A stretch of 56,286 nucleotides of DNA, the filler included, from Platydemus manokwari (taxonomy: Eukaryota), in assembly GCA_037951405.1 (NCBI GenBank). It is 5 parts of 5 records of this genome, joined end to end, with 100 filler letters (N's around TTAATTAATTAA, not from the genome) between each part and the next. Parts side by side here need not be neighbours in the genome. Positions count along the whole stretch, not along the records: positions 9,432 to 21,590 come from JBBMOY010280004.1; positions 21,691 to 33,500 come from JBBMOY010460000.1; 3 more parts are not named here. The stretch is one strand, 5' to 3'. Made by a program: the position numbers and the translations under genes. Positions within the stretch are counted from its first letter, which is position 1; each line of letters begins with the position of its first letter. Positions 10,834 to 23,964 of this stretch are shown piece after piece. The notes under the pieces were generated by a model. It was not told the origin of the DNA. It was given only the letters and a program-made list of their open reading frames with translations, and searched no databases.

Positions 10834-12858
10834 ATAAGCATATAATAATATTATCAACGAGATAAGTTTCAATCCTCATAGCTTAGACCCAATTCCAAAT
10901 TGTTATGGTTTTTCTTTGATTATTATTTTTCGAAGCAATAAAATAAAGACAAAACAAAGGCAATTTTGATTAAAATAACGATTCAATTGTACTCGTGCTT
11001 ATTGGTAGAGAAAACTAAAAGGTTAAGCTAGGTTTGATCAAAATTATAAATCATTATTTACGAAAATCGTCTAAATAAGTATTTCTAACGAATCTCCAAC
11101 TTTAAACGAAGAAGAAACTACAACCAGCAACGATTATTAGTTATCGATCGCAGTGTTTAAATTTATAAAAATAGTAACAATAATAATACTAAAATCAAAA
11201 CTCGATATTTGTTTTTTATAAATATAATTATCAACTCGCAGATTTCGTTTAAAAGTAATTTAAAATACAAATAATTAAAATTGCTGGTGATTAAAACCAT
11301 AATTATTGATTTTTTAATTGATTTTTTATAAAATTCAGTAAATAATAGAAGAGAAAAATATAAATAAATTAATATTTTATTAAAATCAATATCGAGATGC
11401 TTTTCAAATTAAAATGAAAACAAAATTGACAAAATAATTAAAATCAAATAACGGTAGCATTACAAAATCATCGATTTCCATCATTGAAATCAAATTCCAA
11501 GATAAAAAAACCTGTATCAATTTCATATCTTTTGTTTACCTTATCGAGAGAACATTGTTTATCCTAAAAGTCTGATAAACAATCCCAATGAAATTTAGAT
11601 TGCGGTGAAATTTGAATGGGGAGAAAAAACGAAAACCATGGAAAAAATCCATGTCAGAATGGCATTTGCCAGCAGACAGAACTTGCACAAAACCGATTTT
11701 ATCGCAACACAAAACCATATTTAAAAATTGAAACAACAGCTGGCGAAGATCAGGTATCAATTGGAATGAATTCATTTCCCCTTCCCATCGCCTGTTTGTC
11801 AAAATTTCAATAAAAAAATGGGTTTGTTATCAGGTAAATCTGATTTTCATTTCCAACTGAAAATAAGTGTGGTGAAAAAAGTATTTTGGGTAATTTTCTC
11901 AAATCATTGAAATGGTTTTTATGATAAATTCGGATATTTGTGTGAGGAGAAAAAATGTTTCCATCGTAGAAGTTGGCTGTACTTCATTCTTGTACCTGAG
12001 CGTCAATTGATGTGAAATCGGAAATATACTGTGTTGCATTTCTTTATAATGAAATACGATTTGAAAAATACTACTGACACATCATAGATAATTGATCATT
12101 GGAATTTCCTTTGGGGTATAAATATTACTGTTAACTCTTTCTGGTATTAATTGTGGATATGGAATTCATTTTGTCGACAATTAAAGCTGTGGGCAAAATG
12201 TATGTCAAGATTTTGAAATTTTGTTTATAAATCTCTGTGTGTGTCTGTTTCATTTCGGGAATTCGCTTTGATTATTTCTGGATTACTTAATGGATTTAAT
12301 TATAATTAAAAAATTAAATAAATTTTTTTCTGTTTTATATTTAATCCAATGAGATCGATTTTTGTGCTTTAAATACGTTTTGCCAGTCTAAGTATTGGAA
12401 AAAAAACTTCTCAAGATTTCGATTAAATCCTTCGCTAAGTTATAAACTTCTTTGTAAATCATTTAAAATTGAAAATGACCTCATCATACATAACAAGAAA
12501 TCGAAATAGTGTTATGATTTGATAGCTCATAAAGACAGAACAAATACGAAAGATAGACCGATGATGATGTCAGACCGAACAACAAAACATTGCGATATCT
12601 ATGTCGAGATATAAAAGCGGTATTTGTTATTAGATAATGAATTAGATAATACTCGACGAATAAGATCATTATATCTGTCCTCAAATGATACTTTCTTTCA
12701 AAAAGTATGCTCCTCTGCCCAAGATTAATTGAGTCAATAAGTATAACAATTTTTATTAACCCAAATTAATTATTATGATTATTATTATTATTATGGATAA
12801 TTCGACGATTAAATTATGAAACATATAAATAAAAGAACAGCAAAATAACAATTAAATG

Positions 12859-13120
12859 TGTGAGAATATCAAATTGAATTCAATTTGAATAAGTATAGAA
12901 TTTAATTTGTATTGAATTAAGTTTTATATTGAATTTAATGTTTTATTGAATTTAAATTTATATTGAATTTAATGTTTTATTGAAATTAAATTTATATTGA
13001 ATTTAATTTGGTATTAAATTTTCTTTATTTGTTTAAATAATTGTCTTTAAAATCGAATTGAATGTCGAGTCTTTTCAGTTCGTTTTCGATGCGTTTTTTA
13101 TAAAATAGTAGCGGCTTACA
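12859..13120. mobile_element. Solo LTR-like element, copy 2
   Basis: Same termini and body as 10522-10833 with fewer 17-bp units; flanks AAATG/AAATT (4/5 TSD match). Confidence 0.72.
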
Positions 13121-16100
13121 AAATTTATTAATGAATTTAACTCACAATATATAAAGCAAACTTATATCCCCAAGAAAATCTGCCACAGGTGTCGTCCAAC
13201 AGCCGAGCACCAGTTACCTTTAATTAAAAAGGAGTTATTTATTTACAAATATTTTATTTATTCATAAACTTTGCTTTGCGGGATAGACCAGTTGCTTCGA
13301 GCTCGATAATATAAAGTTCCTAACGAAATGATTTTATAAATTTTAATTTGAGATCGCATTCTTTAAAAAACCTTTCGAAATAATCTTGCTAAAAGACATT
13401 ACAGCAAATTTCATATTCTATTCCTTATATTTTATGCTTTATACTTCATTTTATGTATATACAAGAACGATTTTCTACTTATTTTGTACTTTTCATTTTA
13501 TTTCATTATTTAGTGAGAAATAATATTCAAAATCTTATCTCGAAATAAATGTCTACATATTGGATATTGATCATGATGACTTCAATGAGATCCGACAATG
13601 GATTTTATCTCATCCATGAAGAAAGATTGGATAATAACGGATTTTTGTCTACTTTGATAATTTTATCCATCGAAATTCTTGTTGAACACCGAATCAGCTG
13701 GCGCTAAATATTTCGACGATGAACTTAAGGAAAACAAATATTGACGAAATAACTTTCTTTGAGACGAATAGATTTTCCATTGATTTTCCTCGACGTCAAT
13801 TAATATATTTTCCCGATAACATATGTATTTGTCTAAACAAAATGAAAACTATCAAACAAAAAATCCAAATTGATTAAGGCACACATTATTAATGTTAATG
13901 TGTCATGCAATCCACTAAGAGTTTTTGGTATCTGTTTGTTTCATTTAGGTTTTTCGCGTAAAATAAATGTAATTAATCGAGGAAATATATGTTTCACTAA
14001 AGGATGCCAATAGTCGATAAGTTATCATCAAATATTGAACATTCCCTCAGCCTCGTATGAATCGGAATTTTCGGATTGATGGAGTAATGGAAGAGATCAA
14101 ATAAGCAGCATCTAGAGATGAATAGTGAATATTATTTTACACGAAATTAAATATAAAATTAATTTGTTATAATGGGTTCCAAATATTAACTAAATTAACT
14201 TAGCTACTGTGAAACAATATGAATAAAACAGAACTCATTGAGTAATATCTGACGAATGGGTTTTTATGGATTTAGGTTTTTCTAAGCTCTTTTCAAGTAA
14301 AACATCTTCTAGCAGCAAGTCATTTGCATGCAAATTATTAAGCTTAAAAAGTGATGTCAAAGATCGATTAAATTAATTGTAAAAAAATATGTCAAGTTAT
14401 ACGTTTACAAACCGGAACCGGAAAATAACAAATGTCACATCGAAGGTCAAGCTAATGACCGTGGGTTCGAATCAACCGATAAAGTAAATACTCAATGTTT
14501 TAATCTAGTTCACATCGGAAAATTGATGAGTAGAAAGCACTTTGAAACTGCTTTATCGGGGTGGACAAACAATTGCGTGATTAAGTCAATTAACTCTCAT
14601 CACCTATAAATTACGGGCACATTAAAATTTGAATCAACACCAAGTTATGTTTGTAAATGAGTTCAGATTTCCGTTGTACTTTTGTTGGTTACAAATCAAA
14701 TCAATATGCTTGAACGTTTTAACTGAATATTCTAACAATGAACGCCAATAGTTGATTCCATCAGTTAATTCTAGTGAATAATTGATACAATAAAAATCAA
14801 TATTTTTTTTCCCAATTCAACAAATGATTTATGAAGAAAAATGAAGAAACAGAAAATCATTGACAATTCATTCTGTCGATATAATAAAATGTCAAGGCAA
14901 ATAATTATCAAAATCTAAAAAAACAGAATCATAATTAATAATAATAATCGACATTTTAATTAACTTATTAATTACAACTGATAACGCTAAAAATCTACTC
15001 ATAAATAGTAAACTATTAGCTTCAATGAAAAAATAAGACATTAATGGTAGGAAAAAAGAAAGTGAATGTTAGATAAAATGCTATTTTATCTCGATTTATA
15101 ATTTATAAGCAACTTAATGCGAAATAAGGGGGTGGGGTGATTCACTTATTAGTACAATATTAAAAATAGAGAATTGTATCGTTTTACATATTAACGAGTC
15201 TCAGTTTTCATTATTAATATTGTGTGTTGGTGATTTTTGTGTATCAATTTTTGTAACTTTCTCCGCGTTATAATGGGCGGATATAAGAATAAATTCATTC
15301 GAATATTAATGAGATATTAATTAGTTATTATGTGATTTGGGTGATTTAATCCTCGACGAATCATGGTTTCATGATAATATCTCGATATAAGATATTTCAG
15401 AAGAGGAAATAATAATGAAAGAATAATGCGCAACACAACTATCGATCAATTTTATTTTATTACAAACGTTAAAATTCTTTAAAACACGAGTAGAGTGTTT
15501 GGTTTCTTGAATGTTGTGTGGACATTAATCTAATTCCATTGATAAAACCTAACAAGGCATTTTTAAAGCACATAGAAAAACGTTTCCAAAACAACCAAAA
15601 TCCACACGGTCCATATTTCAGATGGCAACACACGGACACAAAACAGTGCTGCATCATTGAATGAAATGTATATTACAAGATTACGAACGAGAAATCCAAT
15701 CTCACATTTGGCATCGGTGTATCAAATGACGAAACGATGATGCGTTGGAGCTGCTATGTCGCAACGACTTGTTATCAGTCTCGTTCAGCCTTTGGGTGTC
15801 AGATTTACGTGGGTGTTTCATAGAACACGAATCTATCATGTCTATGTGTTCTATGAAATCGGTGTGTCTCAGAAATTGTGAATAATTTAATGTAGTCAAT
15901 GTAATGAAACGTGTGAAAGTTTAATTAATTAATTATATATATACTAAATAAACAGTTGTTTTAATTTCATCGATGCTTCAATTTATTAACTGGGCTTTCA
16001 ATTTTCGATATTGTACGGATGAAAACAGAATGAAGGAAAAATGAGTTGAAAATAATCGATTTACAGACAAGTTAACAATGCTAATTGAACTTTGTATTTA

Positions 16101-16369
16101 ATGAAATTATTTGATGTCAGTAAGTTTTTTCGCCCATCAAATCATTGCCCCAATGAAAGTATTTCGTAAATTTCAATGCACTAGACAAAGAAAAAATTAA
16201 AATGATATTATTTATTAGAAATTAAAATTTAAAAACTGAATATTAATTTGTTAAACAAAATCTTCTCATATAAAGGGAATATTAAATAAATAAACGATAA
16301 TATATTTAAATTTATATTGTTTAAATTCATTGTTTAAATATTCCAGAATGTTATATTAAAATTTGGCTA

Positions 16370-16650
16370 GAGTTAAAAAAGGCTCCTAAAATAAAATTTT
16401 AAAATTGTGGAGTGTATTGCAAAAGTCTATATAGATTATTTAATTAAATTCTTTAATAACATTTTGAATTTTTTATTTAAATACTTGAGTAAAATTTTAG
16501 GTATTTAGAATCAAATAATAAATACATAGGATTTTTAAAATCTCATAGAAATTAATTATTTGATAACCGGGTCAAAGTAGGTCAAAAGGCAATTAATTGA
16601 AAATTAGCGAGGACCCCTTTTTTTTAACATTAGAAGCAATTAGAATGATA
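16370..16650 (+). repeat. Dispersed repeat (TE terminal fragment); inverted copy at 53960-54245
   Basis: Colinear similarity over ~280 bp to the reverse complement of 53960-54245, e.g. GGACCCCTTTTTTTAACATTAGAAGCAA and GAGTGTATTGCAAAA. Confidence 0.8.
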
Positions 16651-19600
16651 TCTAAAATTTTTATAGTTATTTTATAAAAAAGTGACTTTAAAGTTTATAA
16701 GCTTAAAAAATCCAAAAATCATGTAGACATGCTGTGATTGGAATAGGAATTTTGTTTCAAAACCATTTTTGTCCCTATTCGACATTGTAGAAAGTGATAT
16801 ATTTATTGAATTTTAAAAAATCGAGATTATATGTAAAATTAAGTTATAAAATTGCATCATGAGCGAAAATTCATCATTACGAAAGTAAGTCAAAGGTTTC
16901 CTTTTCTTAACTTAAGCCTTTCATTTAACTGGATCGTTTGACATTGAATATCATTAAGGTGAATTGAGAAGATGATGAACGATTTTTTATATCACCAAAC
17001 ATGTACGTTAATAGTATGTACCTTTTGAAAAAATTTGTCCATTTTGATTGTTGTTGCTATACCTAAAACTCGTTACACACAAAAATTTGATCGAAAAATG
17101 TTGGGTTGCTTTGACGTTTTAAAAGAAAACTACGATTTACTGATTTTAGCAAAGTACATGGAGCATAGGGTTTCTTTTGTAATTTCTAAGATAATTTCTG
17201 AGATAGTGTAAAGTGAAAGTGCTTCGACGATTCCTGTTAATGAATAGCTTTTGACTTGAGTCAGGGAGTTACCCCACTCACAATCATATTTAGGAAATAA
17301 CGAGACGCAGAAATTCTGAATATACTCCTATTATTATAAACCTTAAAGAAGTTACTCTCTTTTAAAAATTGAACGAGTTTTCGTACTGAAATTTGCAACT
17401 CTATGCTTTTAAGACAAGAATACTTAAAAGAGCGTTATGACACTCCCATCAGAATCATATTCATCTATTATCAAGGGACCCACATGATTTCCGTTATAAT
17501 CAAAGCACTTATCTATAAAACATAAACAAATCGATACTATTTTTTTTATTTTAAAGAATTCTTATAATTTCACAATCTTTAAAGTGAATTGTTAGTATAT
17601 TTTCACATCTGTGTACGTTATGGATAACAACCTTACTAAGCTCTTTATGATAGAATGAATAATATCATTAAAACACAAATATTGATTGACTCGTATAATA
17701 TTCCATAAAAGAGAAAATTGATAAAATCACTTTGATAAATAACTTAATGATTATTGTTTCTCTATAATCAATTATTCGATCTCAATACGATGCACTAAAT
17801 ATCCTTTTATAACATGGGAATGAGAGATAAAAAATTAAATTAAAAAAAGTTTTAATAAGATAAAGAGTCCAGTAAATGAAAATAAAATACCATAAAATTA
17901 AATAAAATAATGTTTTATTAAAATAAGAAATTGTTCTGATGCTTGATAATGGAAGTGACACCAGTTATAGACTGCTGAGACATTGTCACAAAATCGAAAC
18001 ATATTCGTGCCAAAGTATTACTTAAAAATTGTAAATTAGCCAGTCCGAGATATTATGAATCGGTGAAAGTGATGCAAACAATTTATATACGAAAAACACA
18101 TCAATTTAATAATTCTGGTGGGATTTCGGCAAACAAATAAAACATTGATTGATTTACTGCACAGTGCTGTAAGTAAACCAGTATAAAAACGAAGGCAATC
18201 CGATTTATCATTTCGTTTAATATTTTGATCTGACAAAAGAAGCCATTACGAAGAGAAATAAAATATTAGAATTGATTTCAGAAAATCAATAAGGCGATTT
18301 AATTCAGAAATAATATTATACGGGTTATTTATTTTGCTTTTAATTAATTAATTTTTAATATTCGTTGACAGTAATCTAGAGTATCGTTACAGAATTAAAT
18401 TGAAATAGTATAAGATATTGGAGGATAATAATCCCGAGTATTGATAGAATAAAAATTGTATTAGTTATTCGAGAATAGTTGTTCCTACTGTCGGTGACAA
18501 GTAGATAAATAAAAAGTGTTGAGAATACGTAATAATATTTACGAACGCTGGTATTATTTGTATCGTATTAGTATTCTCGACCGGTATTGATCCTCTTTTA
18601 ATGGACGATTCTATTTAAGGGCTTGGCCGTTGTATTTTATTCTTGAACAAAGAGAGTATGTTCCTTCTCATAAATAATAAATCTTGATGATTAACTTGTC
18701 TTTTGAAGTCTAGTTTGAAGATTAGTTTGATTTGAATACGAGTATTGTTGTGCTCTACATCAGGCTGACCCAACTATATTTAATTGCCTTTAAGAGGTTA
18801 AAATTGAATTTTGTTTGGATAAGTTAGATAATAACGTGGATATTTTTTTGATATTTCATTAAGCCTTGTCAGGTTTGAGCAAAATCAATTCGTAACGATT
18901 CAAAATCATATAAAATGCAAAAGATGATTTCTAGTTTCAAGCAAAACTTTCAAATTTTCTTTTGAATGCATTACTTATTATAATGTGGTGCAAAAAAATG
19001 TCATGATATAAGAAAAAATTGGGAGATTCAAATTAATGGAAAGCTAAAGTTTTTAGACTTCACAGAAAATAAAACCGTTAAAGGAGGAAATGAAGAAGAA
19101 ATGAATCCTTTAAAATAATATTATACAAATTTTTGACCTAGCGTTGCGGGATTTGATAATTATTATTATGCGCTCAATGGAGAGTTTTATCGAATTACAT
19201 AAATCATGTACAGATCGATGATATTGGATAGAGGTAAAATTTATAAGGTGAAAGAATTAATTAATAAATTAATTAATTAACTTGATAGAAAGAAAATGTA
19301 AAAAAATAATAATCCCTAACATTTATCACCATGGTGATGAGAACTGTGAAACATGAAAACATAAAATCTATAAATTATGAAAATATATGCTTGTGAAAGA
19401 CCTATCTCGAGTACAAAATCAAACTTTGTCTTTGTACCTAAGAAGTAACATTTGAGTGCAAAATGGATGATCAGGCAACTCTAAAGCGCAATCAACAAAC
19501 TGATTTCATGCAATGGAACGATTTATGGCTCCATCTACCGAGTTCTGTAATTTAACACAAAGCTGATAAAAAGAGGCGTCAACAATTCCATTTCTTCTTA

Positions 19601-19950
19601 TGGAAAAATGACTTTATGAAAATATCAATTTTTTGGGAATTTTTTGATCATCACATAGTAATATTGATCATCGATATTATTTTTCTTGAATTCAAAGAAA
19701 AGAAAATGTTTATTATTATCTTCTAAATATCAGGTGAGATTGGAAAAAATTGGTTGTTCCGGTTTGATAATTACTAGCTGTAATTATTATAAACATTAAT
19801 TTTTATCAAACTATAAAATGACGGCGTGAAAAATCGATATGTGGTGGAGATTCGAATGTTTTCAATTTCCAGACTTCATATTTACATTGTTGACATTTCT
19901 GTGATTATATATATAATTATATATAATTATTATTAAACTTTAGTGTATCA

Positions 19951-20555
19951 CAGTGGTTTTCAACCTTTTTGCTGGAGAGGAAGCACCATGGAAACATTCC
20001 TCTGGCTTGAGAAACCACTGTGCAATAATTTAATTATTTTATGGAGAAATCATCGTTTATTTTTGAAAATGAAATAAAAGTATTTATGTTCAGAATGTTG
20101 TACATGTTTGTTGATGAAATGAAAACAAAATTGTACATGTTCCAATAGACTAAATTTATTCTTATCAAAATCTCATTGGTGTTTCTGGCACAACTCTTTG
20201 AGATTCAATCGTGTTTTCGACAGACACACATGAAGTTCATCTTCTACAGACAGCGATTGTTTTGTCGTTTCTTGTGTTTGATAGTTGTCAGAGCTGAAAA
20301 TCCAAATTCACACAAATATGGGGTTGAAAACTGCACACTATATTATATACAAGAGCAAGCCTAGTAGTGGTAGGACAAAGTGATCTTTCAAATGGAGCTA
20401 GTTAATTATGTTAAATTTAGTATATTTAAACAATAAATAATAATAAAATAATAAAAAATAATAATAAAACAGAAATTTAACATGTTGTGTATTTGTACGT
20501 TGATCTAATTTAGAAATTTGGAGTATACTGGTGGAACCCTGGTTTAAAACTACTG
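19951..20555 (-). mobile_element. Non-autonomous hAT (Buster/Charlie-type) deletion derivative
   Basis: TIRs CAGTGGTTTTCAACC / GGTTTAAAACTACTG; 8-bp TSD GTGTATCA/GTGTACCA with central TA; minus strand encodes VQFSTPYLCEFGFSALTTIKHKKR...EDELHVCLSK (hAT C-terminal dimerisation domain). Confidence 0.9.
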
Positions 20556-20989
20556 GTGTACCATACCGTGTATATAAAGGTCAGCATATTTAACATTACT
20601 TATATAGAAAATTATTTCATTTAAATGAAGTTTTTAAAACTTTAATTTAACGCTTTGATTTTTAAATTGAATTATGTGAAACATTTTGTGGTGGCATCTA
20701 TTTATCATTATGGTATCGGTATAGGTTTTATCTCTCCAGCACAACTAGATAGAAATTTACGGTAACATTTCTCTGTGAACGGAGACATCTCAACGAATAA
20801 AACGATGAGTCAGATTGTCAGAAATTGTTCGTCATAGGAAAAATATTCAAATTTTAATACCAATTTTTTTATGAATTTCTCGGTTTGAACAATGTATTTT
20901 GTCGAATGGATAAGGTTCTTAGATATTTTATGTAGGAAGCAATGAATAAAAGATGTAGAATTTTTGGTTACAAAGTCAAATATAAAGTA

Positions 20990-21200
20990 AGAGTTCTGGT
21001 AAACACGTAGAGCCTTTCTCGTCACATTACATATTACAAGTTAAGCGATACTTTTGGTGTGTGTCGTAATAAGTGCAAAGCCAAAAACACTTGAAATATT
21101 TTCCAAAGATTTCAACGAAAACATGATAATTTTCCTTTTTTCATTTTCATTTGGAAACATGAAGATTATTGATTTTGTGAACACCAACGATTCAAATCGT
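20990..21200 (-). mobile_element. Possible Pif1-like (Helitron) helicase C-terminal remnant
   Basis: Minus-strand GFALITTHQK and LYVFTR resemble Pif1 motifs FAxTxHKSQG and LYVALSR; heavily decayed. Confidence 0.3.
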
Positions 21201-21590
21201 CACTGACGAACAACATATCAATTATTTTCTTAACAAATTACACACATACACTCAATACATATATTCAGTAAGTTTATTTTATGTACCAGTCCCACAAACA
21301 TTCGGGATTTACATACGCAGACATATAAATTTACATCTAGAGGTGAACAGGAATTGTGAAGGTATACAACTGACTTATAAAACTTTTAAATTTTACTAAA
21401 TTAAAAAAAATATATTCATAATATATTTTATTTTTAATATCCTGAATTAAAATCAAAATAAAGTTTTCAAAAATTCGCTTAAATAATTTATATTAAAATT
21501 ATATATTTTTGGATTCTACCAGGTTGAGTCAAAAGTTATTCATGTTTTTATGCAGGTATTTTATTAACACAAATTGTTATAACGCTGAAC

Positions 21591-21690
21591 NNNNNNNNNN
21601 NNNNNNNNNNNNNNNNNNNNNNNNNNNNNNNNNNTTAATTAATTAANNNNNNNNNNNNNNNNNNNNNNNNNNNNNNNNNNNNNNNNNNNN
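21591..21690. other. Assembly gap with artificial linker
   Basis: N44-TTAATTAATTAA-N44. Confidence 0.97.
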
Positions 21691-21988
21691 CTAAATCCAC
21701 GCTCCAGCTTTGGGTGGCCCACGTTTCCCATTTTGGGTTTGGTTTTATGGGCTTAATAACTATTGTCGTACCGGGTTTGTCGACTATTGGTGTACCGGGT
21801 CTTTCAGGTTTTTGTCTGGAGGGTGCTCTTGGTTTTTTGAACACAGAGTTACATCGTGATGGCTGTAGCAGTTGTGGTTTCTGTGGTGGCTGGTGTTGCT
21901 GCCTCCATTCATTGTAAGACTTGATGGTATATGAAATCTTTTCGTCTTCGCTATCCTCACTATCTGAGCAGAGCACTAGATTTTCCAT
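21691..21988 (-). CDS. 5' part of an unknown protein (acidic, then Pro/Lys/Gln-rich N-terminus), truncated by the gap
   Basis: GC-richer open frame MENLVLCSDSEDSEDEK...KPIKPNPKWETWATQSWSVDL runs into the gap; the ATG at 21988 is preceded by a TTTTGTATGTAG acceptor. Confidence 0.5.
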
Positions 21989-22249
21989 ATGGTCTTCCCT
22001 ACATACAAAACCAATAATAAAGGTCTGTACCTCAAATATACCAAGAAAAAATATAAAAATTACAAAGGAGACAGGGAAATCACACGAAAAGAAAGTCAAG
22101 TTCTTAACAATCAAGATTTAATGTTTCTGATTATTATGAAAATGTTCGATACAAACGTATAAATAGAGAAGCCTGGAGCATGTTTGAGTTTGAAACAATT
22201 GAGTCACAGCTTCAAATGCAGTGCTATCTAAAAATCGAATTCAGTCTAT

Positions 22250-23700
22250 GTAACCAACAACGCATCTATTATCACAGGGAGAGATACTGTCATATTAAGT
22301 GGATTGTAACCCATTGATATCACTATTATATAAAATTGAGAACATATGAGATAGAAGATCACCCAGAAATCTAGTTTGAATACTCTAAATAAATATTATT
22401 ATAGAAACGAAAGAATTTCATATCATTGAAGACTTCGAATAAAAAGGCTTTTATATAGTACAGGATATTGAGTAAGCAATAAGAGCCCTTGTTTTCCAAC
22501 AATTACGATATCACAGAATATCAGAGATTATCAGAACAATTTGCAAACACAGTGCAATAGTTCCAAATTCAGATTATCTCTCCATCTATCTGTTTTGATT
22601 TGGATTTTTTCAAAACAAAAACAGCCAACAAATTTCGTAAAAGAATGACAGGCTATGTTTTATCAAATGCAAGACAAAATATCACCGAGAAGATCAATGA
22701 TTTTTTCATCAGCAGATGAAGCCAGATAACCCAAAGACAGTTTCGCTCTATAAGCAAACTGTCCAATCCAGAATTACACAAAAATTGAGGTAAATAATAC
22801 TCCGCGTCATGAGTATTATTGATAGTGCAAAGAAGATTTAGAGACTTTATCCTATACCCGACAATTTTTGAAAAAAACATTAATTTGAATCTATTCTATC
22901 ACATTATTGAGTTCATATTTAACAATTGAGAATCGCAGCACCGAATGATAGACAATAACAAGCGAAACACTGTATAATGAGGAGTACCATACAGATTATA
23001 TATGCAATCGTCAAGTATTTATTACCTTTATTATTTCAGACATAGTAATCTTCGATAGTCTTATATTGGTCTAATAAAAAAATAAGATTAAATTTCTCCA
23101 ATTTTATTCATTTTGTGAAGGTAAGGTGTTAAGCCACACCAATGGTAACTTTTTCTGAAGATATAAGAAACTTTATATGTTGTAAAATATATTTATTATT
23201 TACAGACAAAATAAATTGACAATTGTAAAACAAACAAATTTCAATTGGATGTCAAAAATACTACGTTTCTGTACAATAACAAGGTGAGGGAATGGACGTT
23301 TCAAGAAATAAACTTGAATTAAGTCAAGGTGATGAACGGCAATTTTTCTTAAAATAGAGAAGGAAAGAAGTATCACCTGCCAGTCAAACATTATCTGAAA
23401 CAAAATCGAGTAATTCTAATATAACTATGTATTGTGAATCTGAGAAAAGCTAACATAACTGATTCAAAAAATGTATCAATATCTGTAACATATCTTCAAA
23501 CTTAGCATGTCTAGCTAAAAGTCAATAGTTATTTCTTTTAAAATTAAGTTCAGTGGATAAATGATACTGGCTTCTACGATCATGAGACCAAATTCACCTT
23601 GTCCCATAGACTTAGGTATCATAATTGAGTAGCATTCTTTTGAAATCTCCATTTTGCTAAAACTGTCATGAATCATTACATCCATTTTAGATTCTCCGAG
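22250..23700 (-). mobile_element. Decayed LINE (L1/Tx1-like) ORF2 3' remnant
   Basis: Minus strand gives MIPKSMGQGEFGL (resembling L.PK..GGLG, ~23620-23580) and a Cys/His-containing C-terminal-like segment (~22830-22780); many stops. Confidence 0.35.
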
Positions 23701-23964
23701 TTTGGCCCGAAGTTATTTTATTGAAATATTATCTTGATTGTCATTTTATCATTAATTATTCTAATTTAAATGAAATTATGAAATTGATTATTCAATACAA
23801 TGCATATTCATCAGAAATTAATAAATATTGTTCTTAATAATTATTATATATAAATTTTGAGAGTTGCTCAATAAATTTATCAATAAAACGAATTTTGTAT
23901 AAAATAAACTCTCTAGCAACGTTGTTTAAATATTCCTAACAAATTTATTACTAATTTAAATAGT

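Noticed and set aside
11536-11813. Overlapping ORFs on both strands (88 aa and 65 aa)
   Set aside because: No recognisable domain and no consistent splice model could be built; may be UTR or lncRNA.
14445-14480. tRNA-like GTGGGTTCGAATC preceded by a small hairpin
   Set aside because: T-stem does not pair, and there is no A-box, D-arm or acceptor stem; not a tRNA.
18400-18870. Possible decayed Penelope-like RT fragment
   Set aside because: No convincing motif could be reconstructed, and it is far from the hammerheads and separated from them by gaps.
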